Part shown: piece by piece, positions 38,146 through 47,866 of the stretch
How positions within the stretch are numbered: position 1 is the first letter of the stretch
Layout: every line of letters begins with the position of its first letter
Source of the DNA: Clostridia bacterium
GTDB lineage: Bacteria; Bacillota; Clostridia; Oscillospirales; CAG-272
DNA length: 64,000 nucleotides
Assembly: GCA_017482055.1 (NCBI GenBank)
Contig: JAFUOH010000003.1
Location: 91,703 to 155,702, forward strand
Direction of reading: 5' to 3'
Notes under the pieces: generated by a model
Seen by the model: only the letters and a program-made list of their open reading frames with translations
What the model was told of the DNA's origin: nothing
Databases searched by the model: none
Position numbers and translations under genes: made by a program

Positions 38146-38922
38146 ATGGGTCAGAAAGTTAATCCTCACGGTCTCCGTGTAGGCGTTATCAAGAACTGGG
38201 ATTCAAGATGGTATGTTCGCGACGAAGAGTTTGGCGACACCCTTGTTTCCGACTATAACCTGAGAAAATATCTCAAGGAAAAGCTTCAGGCTGCAGGCGT
38301 TCCGAAGATCGAGATCGAACGCGACAACCAGAAGGTAAGAGTTTTCATCCACTGCGCAAAGCCCGGTGTTATCATCGGTAAGGGCGGCGCTGAGATAGAA
38401 AAGCTGAGACTCGAGATCGAGTCCATTGTTAAGAAGCCGGTATCCGTTAACGTTGTTGAGGTGAAGTCCCCCGACCTCTCCGCACAGCTCGTTGCCGAGA
38501 ATATCGCAAGCCAGCTCGAGCGCAGAATCGGTTTCCGCCGTGCAATGAAGCAGTGCATCGGCAGAACCATCAAGCTCGGTGCTAAGGGTATCAAGATCTC
38601 CTGCGGCGGCCGTCTTGGCGGAGCAGAAATCGCGAGAACCGAGCACTATCATGAGGGTACCATTCCGCTTCAGACTCTCCGTGCCGACATCGACTACGGA
38701 TTCTATGAAGCAAACACCACCTACGGTAAGATCGGTATCAAGGTATGGATCTACAGAGGTGAGGTCCTCAACGGTGCAGCAGCAAGAGTTGCTGTTGAAC
38801 AGCCCAAGGCTCCCAAGAGCTTTGACAAAGAGGGCAGAGGCGAGCGCCGCGACCGTCGTGAGCGCAGAGGCGACCGCGCACCCCGCGGCGACCGTAACAA
38901 TTCCGGCAGAAAGGAGCAGTAA
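38146..38922 (+). CDS. rpsC: 30S ribosomal protein S3 (with a ~40-aa Arg/Asp-rich C-terminal extension)
   Basis: [23 protein letters not shown].. is canonical uS3. The tail reads [30 protein letters not shown]. Confidence 0.97.
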   Translation: MGQKVNPHGLRVGVIKNWDSRWYVRDEEFGDTLVSDYNLRKYLKEKLQAAGVPKIEIERDNQKVRVFIHCAKPGVIIGKGGAEIEKLRLEIESIVKKPVSVNVVEVKSPDLSAQLVAENIASQLERRIGFRRAMKQCIGRTIKLGAKGIKISCGGRLGGAEIARTEHYHEGTIPLQTLRADIDYGFYEANTTYGKIGIKVWIYRGEVLNGAAARVAVEQPKAPKSFDKEGRGERRDRRERRGDRAPRGDRNNSGRKEQ

Positions 38923-38927
38923 TCACC

Positions 38928-39353
38928 ATGTTAATGCCAAAACGAGTTAAATACAGACGTGTTCAGCGCGGCAGACTTAAGGGTAAGGCTTCCCGCGGTA
39001 ACACAATCAGCAACGGCAGCTATGGTCTTGTTGCTCTTGAGCCTGCTTGGATCACCAGCAATCAGATCGAAGCAGCCCGTATCGCTATGACCCGTTACAT
39101 TAAGCGTGGCGGTCAGGTATGGATCAAGATTTTCCCGGATAAGCCCGTAACCGAGAAGCCTGCTGAAACCCGAATGGGTTCCGGTAAGGGTTCGCCCGAG
39201 TACTGGGTAGCGGTTGTTAAGCCCGGCCGCGTAATGTTCGAGATGGACGGCGTTGATGAATCTATTGCAAGAGAAGCTATGCGTCTTGCAGGTCACAAGC
39301 TGCCTATCAAGACCAAGTTCGTTAAGAAAGAAACTACTGAAGGGGAGGAATAA
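38928..39353 (+). CDS. rplP: 50S ribosomal protein L16
   Basis: [25 protein letters not shown].. is the uL16 signature. Confidence 0.98.
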   Translation: MLMPKRVKYRRVQRGRLKGKASRGNTISNGSYGLVALEPAWITSNQIEAARIAMTRYIKRGGQVWIKIFPDKPVTEKPAETRMGSGKGSPEYWVAVVKPGRVMFEMDGVDESIAREAMRLAGHKLPIKTKFVKKETTEGEE

Positions 39354-39356
39354 GCC

Positions 39357-39545
39357 GTGAAAGCAGCAGAACTTAGAAATTTATCCGGCGACGAGCTCAC
39401 CGCGAAGCTCAAGGAGCTTAAGAACGAGCTGTTCAATCTCCGCTTCCAGCACGCGATCAACCAGCTTGACAATCCCCACAAGATCCAGGAAGTTAAGCAT
39501 GACATCGCTCGCGTTATGACCATTCTTAATGAAAAGAATGCGTAA
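39357..39545 (+). CDS. rpmC: 50S ribosomal protein L29
   Basis: MKAAELRNLSGDELTAKLKELKNELFNLRFQHA.. with a GTG start. Confidence 0.96.
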   Translation: MKAAELRNLSGDELTAKLKELKNELFNLRFQHAINQLDNPHKIQEVKHDIARVMTILNEKNA

Positions 39546-39565
39546 GTTAAGGAAGGAGAATAGTC

Positions 39566-39832
39566 ATGAGTGAAGCAGCAGAGCGTAACTTAAGAAAGAC
39601 CCGTGTCGGCATGGTTGTTTCCGATAAGATGGACAAGACTGCAGTAGTTGCAATCCTTGACAACATAAAGCATCCCATGTACGGCAAGGTTATCAAGCGC
39701 ACCGTTAAGATCCACGTTCACGATGAAAAGAATGAGTGCGGCGTTGGCGATAAGGTAGAGGTTATGGAAACAAGACCTCTCTCCAAGACCAAGAGATGGC
39801 GCCTTGTTCAGATCATCGAAAAGGCAAAATAA
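39566..39832 (+). CDS. rpsQ: 30S ribosomal protein S17
   Basis: [45 protein letters not shown]. Confidence 0.97.
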   Translation: MSEAAERNLRKTRVGMVVSDKMDKTAVVAILDNIKHPMYGKVIKRTVKIHVHDEKNECGVGDKVEVMETRPLSKTKRWRLVQIIEKAK

Positions 39833-39896
39833 TTTAAAAGAGCTTAAAATTAAGTAGGCACGTCGTAGCGTGCCGAAACCAAGGAGGATAAGCACT

Positions 39897-40265
39897 GTGA
39901 TACAGCAACAGACACTTATGAAGGTTGCCGACAACACCGGTGCAAAGGAGCTTATGTGCATCCGTGTACTCGGCGGCACCGCTCGCAGATATGCCAACAT
40001 TGGCGATATCGTAGTTTGCGCTGTTAAGAAAGCAACACCCGGCGGCGTTGTTAAAAAAGGCGACGTTGTCAAGGCTGTCGTTGTAAGAAGCGTTAAGGGT
40101 CTCAAGAGAGCCGACGGTTCTTACATCAAGTTCGATGAGAACGCAGCAGTCGTTATTAAGGACGACAAGACCCCCAGAGGAACCCGTATCTTTGGCCCGG
40201 TAGCAAGAGAGCTTCGTGAAGGCGACTTCTTAAAGATCCTCTCCCTCGCTCCCGAAGTATTATAA
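39897..40265 (+). CDS. rplN: 50S ribosomal protein L14
   Basis: The start is set to GTG 39897 ([27 protein letters not shown]), which follows AAGGAGGA. The ORF-track start at 39870 adds 9 codons. Confidence 0.97.
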   Translation: MIQQQTLMKVADNTGAKELMCIRVLGGTARRYANIGDIVVCAVKKATPGGVVKKGDVVKAVVVRSVKGLKRADGSYIKFDENAAVVIKDDKTPRGTRIFGPVARELREGDFLKILSLAPEVL

Positions 40266-40281
40266 TAGGAGGTATCGAGGA

Positions 40282-40599
40282 ATGAATAAAAAGGTTCACG
40301 TTAAGAGAGACGATACCGTTATTGTGATCTCCGGTGATGACAAGGGCAAGAAGGGTAAGGTCCTTGAGGTTTCCCCTGAGGAAGGCAAGGTAATCGTTGA
40401 AGGCATCAACATCGTAACAAAGCATGCTAAGCCTCGTCGTCAGGGCGAGACCGGCGGTATTGTTAAGGTTGAAGGCGCTATGTACGCCGATAAGGTACAG
40501 CTCTACTGCGACAAGTGCGGTAAGGGCGTTCGCGCTAAGGCGAAGATCGACGGCGATAAGAAAGTCCGCGTTTGCGCAAAATGCGGCGCAGAAATTTGA
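40282..40599 (+). CDS. rplX: 50S ribosomal protein L24 (variant with a C-terminal CxxC...CxxC motif)
   Basis: KRDDTVIVISGDDKGKKGKVLEV is the KOW motif. The C-terminus reads YCDKCGKGVRAKAKIDGDKKVRVCAKCGAEI. Confidence 0.96.
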   Translation: MNKKVHVKRDDTVIVISGDDKGKKGKVLEVSPEEGKVIVEGINIVTKHAKPRRQGETGGIVKVEGAMYADKVQLYCDKCGKGVRAKAKIDGDKKVRVCAKCGAEI

Positions 40600-40616
40600 G
40601 TGGGAGGTAAACAGTA

Positions 40617-41156
40617 ATGGCTAGACTTAGAGATTATTACAAGAGCGATGTTGCTCCCGCTCTCATGCAGAAATTCAACTACAAGAGCCCCATGCAGATC
40701 CCGAAGCTCGACAAGATCGTCGTTAACGTCGGTACAGGCGATGCTAAGGATAACGCAAAGGTTATCGACACCGTAATCGAAGAGATCACAATGATCACCG
40801 GTCAGAAGGCAGTTCCGACCTATGCAAAGAAGTCCGTCGCTAACTTCAAGCTCCGTCAGGGCATGAAGATCGGCGTTAAGGTAACTCTGCGCGGTGAGAG
40901 AATGTATGAGTTTATTGACAGACTCTTCAACTTCTCCCTTCCCCGTGTCCGCGACTTCAAGGGTATCAACCCCAATGCTTTCGACGGAAGAGGCAACTAT
41001 TCCCTCGGTCTGAAGGAACAGCTGATCTTCCCGGAAATCGAATACGATAAGATCGAGAAGATTCGCGGTATGGACATTGCATTCGTTACTACCGCTAACA
41101 CCGATGAGGAAGCAAGAGAGCTGCTCACTCTGATGGGCGCACCCTTCGCGAAATAA
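40617..41156 (+). CDS. rplE: 50S ribosomal protein L5
   Basis: [39 protein letters not shown]. Confidence 0.98.
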   Translation: MARLRDYYKSDVAPALMQKFNYKSPMQIPKLDKIVVNVGTGDAKDNAKVIDTVIEEITMITGQKAVPTYAKKSVANFKLRQGMKIGVKVTLRGERMYEFIDRLFNFSLPRVRDFKGINPNAFDGRGNYSLGLKEQLIFPEIEYDKIEKIRGMDIAFVTTANTDEEARELLTLMGAPFAK

Positions 41157-41174
41157 TTAGGAGGAGAACTTAAA

Positions 41175-41360
41175 ATGGCAAAGAAATCTATGGTTTTAAA
41201 GCAGCAGAAGCCTCAGAAATTCTCCACCCGCGAATACAACAGATGCAAGATCTGCGGTCGTCCCCACGCGTACCTCCGCAAATACGGTATCTGCCGTATC
41301 TGCTTCCGTGAGCTCGCATACAAGGGCGAGATTCCGGGTGTTAGAAAGGCAAGCTGGTAA
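41175..41360 (+). CDS. rpsN: 30S ribosomal protein S14, zinc-binding type Z (61 aa)
   Basis: [43 protein letters not shown], with a Cys4 motif. Confidence 0.97.
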   Translation: MAKKSMVLKQQKPQKFSTREYNRCKICGRPHAYLRKYGICRICFRELAYKGEIPGVRKASW

Positions 41361-41581
41361 TCTCCGTTAAATCGGACAAAGCGTGCTCGGCAGCGCAAAA
41401 TGCCGACTAAAGATTCGATATTGATAAATCATATATCAATATAAAAATCGCTCCAATCTTATCGGAAGGAAGCGAGGCTCGCAAAATTTAGCCGCGAGCC
41501 GAGCTTAACCACCGGTTGCAGGTCATGACAATGTCATGGCAGCAAGGGTTAAAGCGTACTTGCATAAAGGAGGATAAAAAA
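41361..41581 (+). other. Unusually long (221 nt) structured spacer between rpsN and rpsH
   Basis: There is no ORF longer than 14 codons. It holds four hairpins: CGGCA/TGCCG (41388-41405), ATATTGATA/TATCAATAT (41418-41442), GGCTCGC/GCGAGCC (41476-41500) and CATGAC/GTCATG (41524-41538). Confidence 0.6.
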
Positions 41582-41980
41582 ATGCAAATTTCAGACGTAA
41601 TTGCAGATATGCTCACTCGTATCCGCAACGCAAACGACGCAAAGCATGCTACCGTTGACGTTCCCGCTTCTAACATGAAGAAGGCGATCGCCGACATTCT
41701 TCTCACCGAGGGCTACATCAAGTCCTATCAGGTAATCGAGGATGGCAAGCAGGGCGTTATCAGAATCACCCTTAAGTATGGTCAGGGCAAGTCCAAGATC
41801 ATCAAGGGTCTTCGCAGAGTTTCCAAGCCCGGTCTCCGCATCTACTCCAACTGTGAGGATATGCCCCGCGTTATGAACGGACTCGGAATCGCTATCATTT
41901 CTACCTCCAAGGGCATCATGACCGACAAGGCAGCTCGTGCTAACAATGTCGGTGGTGAAGTACTTGCCTTTGTATGGTAA
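41582..41980 (+). CDS. rpsH: 30S ribosomal protein S8
   Basis: The start is set to ATG 41582 ([22 protein letters not shown]), which follows AAGGAGGA. The ORF-track start at 41516 lies in the spacer. Confidence 0.97.
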   Translation: MQISDVIADMLTRIRNANDAKHATVDVPASNMKKAIADILLTEGYIKSYQVIEDGKQGVIRITLKYGQGKSKIIKGLRRVSKPGLRIYSNCEDMPRVMNGLGIAIISTSKGIMTDKAARANNVGGEVLAFVW

Positions 41981-42001
41981 AGAGACGGGAGGATATTAAA
42001 A

Positions 42002-42541
42002 ATGTCTAGAATCGGAAGAACTCCTATCGCCGTTCCCGCCGGCGTTGAAGTAAAAGTCGCTGAAGGAAATGTAGTTACCGTTAAGGGTCCCAAGGGTACT
42101 CTTACCGAGACCTTCAATTCCAGAATGACCATCGAGGTCAACGGTGCTGAAGTGCTTGTAAAGCGCCCCACCGATGAGAAGGAAGATCGCGCTATTCACG
42201 GTCTGACCAGAACTCTCCTCAACAACATGGTCGTAGGCGTTACCAACGGTTATTCAAAGAAGCTCGAGATCAACGGTGTAGGTTACAGAGCACAGAAGCA
42301 GGGCAAAACTCTCCTTCTCAACCTCGGTTACTCTCACAACGTTACCTTCGAAGAGTTCGACGACATCAAGTTCGACGTTCCTTCGCAGACTGAGATCATC
42401 GTAAGCGGTATCAACAAGCAGACTGTCGGTCAGATCGCCGCACAGATCCGCGAGAAGAGACCTCCCGAGCCGTACCTTGGTAAGGGTATTAAGTATGAAG
42501 GCGAACACATTCGCCGTAAGGCCGGCAAAACCGGTAAATAA
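42002..42541 (+). CDS. rplF: 50S ribosomal protein L6
   Basis: [34 protein letters not shown]. Confidence 0.98.
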   Translation: MSRIGRTPIAVPAGVEVKVAEGNVVTVKGPKGTLTETFNSRMTIEVNGAEVLVKRPTDEKEDRAIHGLTRTLLNNMVVGVTNGYSKKLEINGVGYRAQKQGKTLLLNLGYSHNVTFEEFDDIKFDVPSQTEIIVSGINKQTVGQIAAQIREKRPPEPYLGKGIKYEGEHIRRKAGKTGK

Positions 42542-42559
42542 TGAAAGGAGTGGACTTGC

Positions 42560-42919
42560 ATGGTATCGAGAAAGGATAGTAATATCCAGCGTCTTAAGAG
42601 ACATAAGAGAGTCAGAGCCAAGATTTCCGGCACTGCAGCTCGTCCGCGTCTCTGCGTATATCGTTCGCTTAACAACATTCAGGCTCAGGTCATTGATGAT
42701 GTTGCAGGCGTAACTCTTGCATCCGCTTCCTCCCTTGAAAAGGCTTTCGAGGGCAACGGCGGAAACAAGGAAGCAGCTAAGAAGGTCGGCAAGCTGATTG
42801 CTGAGCGCGCAGCTGCAAAGGGTATCTCCGAAGTCGTATTCGACAGAGGCGGATACGTTTACCACGGTCGTGTATTGGAGCTTGCAGAAGGTGCAAGAGA
42901 AGGCGGACTTAAGTTCTGA
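42560..42919 (+). CDS. rplR: 50S ribosomal protein L18
   Basis: [34 protein letters not shown] .. [28 protein letters not shown]. Confidence 0.97.
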   Translation: MVSRKDSNIQRLKRHKRVRAKISGTAARPRLCVYRSLNNIQAQVIDDVAGVTLASASSLEKAFEGNGGNKEAAKKVGKLIAERAAAKGISEVVFDRGGYVYHGRVLELAEGAREGGLKF

Positions 42920-43044
42920 TATTTCTTCGGAAATACAAGAATTAAGCTTCGAAAAGACCAGTTTATACACGGTTTGGTTCAAATTTAACCAAATTATTTT
43001 AAGAGAGGAAACGGGTATCGGACAAAGAGCCGTGTAAAACCCGT

Positions 43045-43563
43045 GTGGCAAACAAAATGGCAAAGCAGAATTTTGATCCGGCTGCTCTCGATCTTCAGGA
43101 GACCACCGTCTGCATCAGACGCGTTTCCAAGACCGTAAAGGGCGGACGTATTATGAGATTCACCGCGCTGATGGTAGTCGGCGACGGTAACGGACATGTT
43201 GGCTACGGTCTCGGCAAGGCTGCCGAGGTTCCGGATGCGATCCGTAAGGGCATCGAGGATGCTAAGAAGAACATGATCGAGGTTTCCATGAAGGGCTCGA
43301 CCATTCCTCACGAGGTTATCGGTGAGTTCGGCGCAGGTCGTGTTCTCCTGAAGCCCGCTGCTCCCGGTACCGGTGTTATCGCCGGCGGTGCAGTTCGTGC
43401 CGTAATCGAAAAAGCAGGAATCAAGAACATCCGTACAAAGTGCCTGCGTTCCAACAATCCGGTTAACGTAATCAAGGCTACTTTCGAAGGACTCAAGACG
43501 CTTCGTAATGCTGAACAAGTCGCAGCAATGCGCGGGATCAGCAAAGAAGCTGTAACGAAATAA
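43045..43563 (+). CDS. rpsE: 30S ribosomal protein S5
   Basis: [46 protein letters not shown] is canonical uS5. The start is either GTG 43045 or ATG 43057, and neither has a nearby SD. Confidence 0.93.
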   Translation: MANKMAKQNFDPAALDLQETTVCIRRVSKTVKGGRIMRFTALMVVGDGNGHVGYGLGKAAEVPDAIRKGIEDAKKNMIEVSMKGSTIPHEVIGEFGAGRVLLKPAAPGTGVIAGGAVRAVIEKAGIKNIRTKCLRSNNPVNVIKATFEGLKTLRNAEQVAAMRGISKEAVTK

Positions 43564-43577
43564 GGAGGCTTTTCAAG

Positions 43578-43757
43578 ATGGCAAACGCAAAAGTAACACT
43601 TGTTAAGAGCCTTATCGGCGCAAAGCAGAATCAGAAGGCTACCGCGGCTTCCCTTGGTCTTAAGAAGATCGGTGATTTCGCGATCCACGCTGATAATGAA
43701 GTCCTCGACGGCAAGGTAAAGGTTATTTCTCACCTTGTAAAGAAGGAAAGCGTATAA
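43578..43757 (+). CDS. rpmD: 50S ribosomal protein L30 (59 aa, below the ORF-track size cut-off)
   Basis: My own translation gives MANAKVTLVKSLIGAKQNQKATAASLGLKKIGDFAIHADNEVLDGKVKVISHLVKKESV*. AAGGAGG lies upstream, and the gene sits in the canonical slot between rpsE and rplO. Confidence 0.93.
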   Translation: MANAKVTLVKSLIGAKQNQKATAASLGLKKIGDFAIHADNEVLDGKVKVISHLVKKESV

Positions 43758-43796
43758 TTTATACCACAAAAATTCAGTATAAGGAGGAAAAACCTA

Positions 43797-44237
43797 ATGA
43801 AGCTTCATGAACTTTCACCCGCTGCAGGTTCTACCGCTCCCGCTTGGCGCAAGGGTAGAGGTGCAGGCTCCGGCAACGGTAAAACTGCCGGTAAGGGTCA
43901 CAAGGGTCAGAACGCTCGCTCCGGCGGCGGTGTAAGACCCGGATTTGAAGGCGGTCAGATCCCGCTTTACAGAAAACTCCCCAAGAGAGGTTTCTACAAT
44001 CAGTTCTCTACTAAGTATGCTATCGTAAATGTAGAGGCACTCAACGTATTCGAGGACGGTGCTACCGTAAATCTCGAAGCACTCATCGAAAAAGGCATTA
44101 TTCGCAAGGCATATGATGGACTTAAGGTGTTAGGCAACGGAGACATTACCAAGAAGCTTACCGTTGAAGCAACAGTCTTTTCAGCAACTGCTAAAGAAAA
44201 GATCGAAGCAGCGGGCGGAAAGACTGAGGTGATCTAA
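43797..44237 (+). CDS. rplO: 50S ribosomal protein L15
   Basis: [54 protein letters not shown]. Confidence 0.98.
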   Translation: MKLHELSPAAGSTAPAWRKGRGAGSGNGKTAGKGHKGQNARSGGGVRPGFEGGQIPLYRKLPKRGFYNQFSTKYAIVNVEALNVFEDGATVNLEALIEKGIIRKAYDGLKVLGNGDITKKLTVEATVFSATAKEKIEAAGGKTEVI

Positions 44238-45530
44238 GTGTTTAAAACACTCAAGAATGCATTTGCTCTTCCGGACATCCGCAAGAAGTTACTGTTTGTA
44301 GCGTTCATCGTTCTTATCTACAGAATCGGCTGCGCTATTCCGGTACCGTTTGTAAGCTCGGATATCCAAAACATTTTCGCGTCCAGCTCCGGCTCGATCT
44401 TTGAATATCTTTCTCTGATCTCCGGTACTGCATTCGCACAGGCAAATCTTTTTGCACTTTCCATTTCGCCTTATATCAACAGCTCCATTATCATGCAGCT
44501 CCTCTGTGTGGCTATTCCCGCACTTGAGAATATGTCCAAGGAGGAGGACGGCAGAAAGAAGATTTCCCAGATCACCCGTTACGTTACCGTTGCGATCGCA
44601 CTGGTTACCGCTTACGGTTATTATATGATGCTGAGAAATTACGGCTTCCTGACCGACAACAGCGTGTTTGCAGGCATCATTATTGTTGCTTGCTATACCG
44701 CAGGTTCTTCACTTATCATGTGGCTCGGTGAAAAGATCAACGAAAACGGAATCGGTAACGGTATCTCCATTATCCTTTTCGTAAACATCGTTTCCGGTGC
44801 TCCTCAGGCTATCATTTCGATGGTACAGAACATCGCAAGCGGCAGTATCGCAGCTATCATTTCTTCCATACTCACTCTCGTGATCGTGGTTGCAATGGCG
44901 ATCTTCGTAATCTATATCACCCATTCCGAAAGACGTCTTCAGGTACAGTATGCTAAGCGTGTTGTAGGTCGCAAGATGTACGGCGGTCAGAGCTCTACTC
45001 TCCCGCTTAAGCTGAATATGGCAGGCGTTATGCCCGTTATCTTCGCTAACTCCATCCTTGCTCTCCCCAGCACCATCGGCATGATCTTCCCGCCGAAGGA
45101 AGGATCATTCTGGGAAGGTTTCCTTAACGCATTTTCGTATGATTCCTGGCTCTATGCGGTACTGTTCCTCATACTCATTATTGCTTTCTCTTACTTCTAC
45201 ATCGCTATCTCCTTCAATCCGATCGAGGTTGCGAACAATCTGAAGAAGCAGGGCGGCTTCCTGCCCGGTATTCGTCCTGGCAAGCCCACCTCCGATTACA
45301 TCACCAAGATCCTCAACAAGATCACCCTTATGGGCGCATTCTTCCTTGCAGCGATTGCGGTACTCCCGTTGGTGGTTAATCTCATCTACACTCTGATCAC
45401 TAAGGTAAGCCTCGGCTCCGTTGCATTTGCAGGTACCTCCGTGATCATCGTAGTCGGTGTTGCTCTTGAGACCTACCGTGAGATCGAAGCTCAGATGACC
45501 ATGCGTCATTACAAGGGCTTCCTTGAGTAA
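44238..45530 (+). CDS. secY: Preprotein translocase subunit SecY
   Basis: 430-aa 10-TM protein with a GTG start abutting the rplO stop. LRKKLLFVAFIVLIYRIGCAIPVP .. GISPYINSSIIMQLL are SecY hallmarks. Confidence 0.97.
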   Translation: MFKTLKNAFALPDIRKKLLFVAFIVLIYRIGCAIPVPFVSSDIQNIFASSSGSIFEYLSLISGTAFAQANLFALSISPYINSSIIMQLLCVAIPALENMSKEEDGRKKISQITRYVTVAIALVTAYGYYMMLRNYGFLTDNSVFAGIIIVACYTAGSSLIMWLGEKINENGIGNGISIILFVNIVSGAPQAIISMVQNIASGSIAAIISSILTLVIVVAMAIFVIYITHSERRLQVQYAKRVVGRKMYGGQSSTLPLKLNMAGVMPVIFANSILALPSTIGMIFPPKEGSFWEGFLNAFSYDSWLYAVLFLILIIAFSYFYIAISFNPIEVANNLKKQGGFLPGIRPGKPTSDYITKILNKITLMGAFFLAAIAVLPLVVNLIYTLITKVSLGSVAFAGTSVIIVVGVALETYREIEAQMTMRHYKGFLE

Positions 45531-45614
45531 GCTATAATTCGTCTTCGCCCATTTAAGATCAACATCTTAAATGGTGCGAGGCGAGCCGCTTGAAACAATT
45601 TGGAGAATGATTTT

Positions 45615-46262
45615 ATGAAGATGATTTTCTTGGGCGCTCCCGGCGCCGGCAAGGGCACACAGGCTGAGATCGTTTCCGAAAAGTATGCGATTCCGGCGAT
45701 TTCGACGGGCGCTATCATCAGAGAAGCGATCAAAAATCAGACCGAGATGGGCAAAGCAGCAAAGCAGTACACTGAAAACGGTGCGCTCGTTCCCGATGAA
45801 GTCGTTATCGGCATCATCAAGGAAAGACTCGCAGCGGACGACTGCAAGAACGGCTTTATCCTGGACGGATTCCCGAGAACGGTTCCCCAGGCTGAGGCTC
45901 TCGAGGAGATGGGCGTTTCTATTGACCTCGTTGTCAATATCTTCGTTCCCGATGAAAAGATCGTCGAGAGAATGTCAGGCAGACGTGTTTGCGCGAAGTG
46001 CGGCGCATCTTACCACACAAGCTTTAACCCCTCAAAGGACGGCGAGACCTGCGATAAGTGCGGCGATAAGCTCACTATTCGCAAGGACGATGCTCCCGAG
46101 GTGGTAAAGAGCAGACTTGTTACCTATCATGAGCAGACCCAGCCTCTCGAGGACTTCTATGCGAAGCGCGGCAAGCTGGAAACTGTGGTAGGACAGGAAA
46201 GGGTCGAAGACACAACGTCTTTGACACTGGCTCTTATCGAAGCAAAAAAGCAAGGCAGATAA
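45615..46262 (+). CDS. adk: Adenylate kinase (zinc-lid form)
   Basis: The start is ATG 45615 (MKMIFLGAPGAGKGTQA P-loop). The lid carries CAKCGASYH..CDKCGDKL. Confidence 0.97.
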   Translation: MKMIFLGAPGAGKGTQAEIVSEKYAIPAISTGAIIREAIKNQTEMGKAAKQYTENGALVPDEVVIGIIKERLAADDCKNGFILDGFPRTVPQAEALEEMGVSIDLVVNIFVPDEKIVERMSGRRVCAKCGASYHTSFNPSKDGETCDKCGDKLTIRKDDAPEVVKSRLVTYHEQTQPLEDFYAKRGKLETVVGQERVEDTTSLTLALIEAKKQGR

Positions 46263-46268
46263 AAATCC

Positions 46269-47018
46269 ATGATATCGGTAAAAAACAAAGACCAGATTAA
46301 GATGATGCGTGAGGCGGGACGGATCACAGGCGAAGCGCTTGCGCTTGCAGGTGAATCCATAAAGCCCGGCATGACCACAAAGCAGCTTGATACGATAATT
46401 CGCCGTCACATTGAAAAATGCGGAGCGAAGCCTTCGTTTCTCGGCTATGGCGGTTTTCCCGGAAGCGCCTGCATCAGTATCAACAATGAGGTTATACACG
46501 GTATCCCCTCGGCGCGTGTGATCGAGGAGGGCGACATAGTCAAGGTCGATGTCGGAGCCTTTTATAAGGGCTTCCACGGAGACTCCGCCAATACCTTTGC
46601 CGTAGGCAAGGTGAGTGATGAGGCTGTGAAGCTAATTGAGGTCACAAAAGAAAGCTTCTATCGCGGAATTGCCGAAGCAAAGCCCGGTAATCGGGTCGGA
46701 GATATCGGTTTTGCCGTACAGAGCTATGTCGAGGAAAATGGCTTTTCGGTCGTGAGGCGATATGTCGGCCACGGTGTGGGCGAGGAGCTTCATGAATCGC
46801 CCGATGTGCCTAACTTTGGTACAAAGGGGCGCGGCGTAAGACTCTGCTCCGGCATGACCATAGCGGTTGAGCCAATGGTCAACATCGGAACTTATGAGGT
46901 TGCCGAGAAAAGCGACAAATGGACTGTCGTAACCGCGGACGGTAAGCTGTCGGCTCATTATGAGCATACGATCGCGATCACCGACGACGGTGTGATAGTT
47001 CTCACAAAGATCGATTAA
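46269..47018 (+). CDS. map: Type I methionine aminopeptidase
   Basis: FLGYGGFPGSACISINNEVIHGIP .. DVGAFYKGFHGDSANTF .. GHGVGEELHESP are the MetAP-I metal-ligand motifs. Confidence 0.96.
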   Translation: MISVKNKDQIKMMREAGRITGEALALAGESIKPGMTTKQLDTIIRRHIEKCGAKPSFLGYGGFPGSACISINNEVIHGIPSARVIEEGDIVKVDVGAFYKGFHGDSANTFAVGKVSDEAVKLIEVTKESFYRGIAEAKPGNRVGDIGFAVQSYVEENGFSVVRRYVGHGVGEELHESPDVPNFGTKGRGVRLCSGMTIAVEPMVNIGTYEVAEKSDKWTVVTADGKLSAHYEHTIAITDDGVIVLTKID

Positions 47019-47048
47019 CAGAAAGTAATCTGTCAAGGAGGGATTATT

Positions 47049-47267
47049 CTGCCTAAGGACGACGTTGTAGAATTCGAGGGTACGGTCATAGAGGCGCTGC
47101 CCAATGCCGTATTCAAGGTTCAGCTTCCCAACGGGCATATCATTACCGCCCATATTTCGGGAAAGCTTCGTATGAATTATATCAAGATACTCCCCGGTGA
47201 TAAGGTCACGGTCGAAGTTACCGTATACGACCTTACAAAGGGTAGAATCACATGGCGTGCAAAATAA
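47049..47267 (+). CDS. infA: Translation initiation factor IF-1, with no canonical start codon (CTG 47049 or ATT 47046)
   Basis: My own translation gives (M)[72 protein letters not shown] strong AAGGAGGG lies at 47035-47042. The frame opens at 47019, directly after the map stop, and has no ATG, GTG or TTG before the conserved residues. Confidence 0.88.
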   Translation: MPKDDVVEFEGTVIEALPNAVFKVQLPNGHIITAHISGKLRMNYIKILPGDKVTVEVTVYDLTKGRITWRAK

Positions 47268-47324
47268 ATTGCCGCTAACGTTACGCATAAGACACATAAC
47301 TGTGAGAAAGGCATGGTGAACACA

Positions 47325-47438
47325 ATGAAAGTAAAACCATCCGTTAAGAAGATCTGCGAAAAGTGCAAGATCATCAAGAGACATGGTCGTGTCATGGTCA
47401 TCTGCGAGAATCCCAAGCACAAGCAGAGACAGGGCTAA
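47325..47438 (+). CDS. rpmJ: 50S ribosomal protein L36 (37 aa, zinc-binding form, not in the ORF track)
   Basis: My own translation gives [37 protein letters not shown]. Confidence 0.95.
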   Translation: MKVKPSVKKICEKCKIIKRHGRVMVICENPKHKQRQG

Positions 47439-47484
47439 ACCACAACCAACAACCTAAACTTTTAAAGAAGGGGTGAATTAACGA

Positions 47485-47853
47485 ATGGCACGTATTGCCG
47501 GTGTTGATATTCCGAACAACAAGAGAGTTGAAATTGCTCTCACCTATATCTACGGTATCGGCCTCAAGAGCTCGAAGGACATCCTGGCTAAGACAGGTGT
47601 TGATCCCGATAAGCGCGCAAAGGATCTTACCGAAGAGGATACCGCAAAGTTAAGAGACGAGATCGAAAAGAACTATCACGTAGAGGGTGACCTCCGCCGT
47701 GACGTTGCTCTTGACATCAAGCGCATGATCGAAATCAACTGCTACCGTGGTATCAGACATAGAAAAGGTCTGCCTGTAAGAGGTCAGAGAACCAAGACCA
47801 ATGCGAGAACCAGAAAGGGTCCCGCAAAGACTATCGCAAATAAGAAGAAGTAA
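47485..47853 (+). CDS. rpsM: 30S ribosomal protein S13
   Basis: [26 protein letters not shown]. Confidence 0.98.
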   Translation: MARIAGVDIPNNKRVEIALTYIYGIGLKSSKDILAKTGVDPDKRAKDLTEEDTAKLRDEIEKNYHVEGDLRRDVALDIKRMIEINCYRGIRHRKGLPVRGQRTKTNARTRKGPAKTIANKKK

Positions 47854-47866
47854 GGAGTGAACTAAG

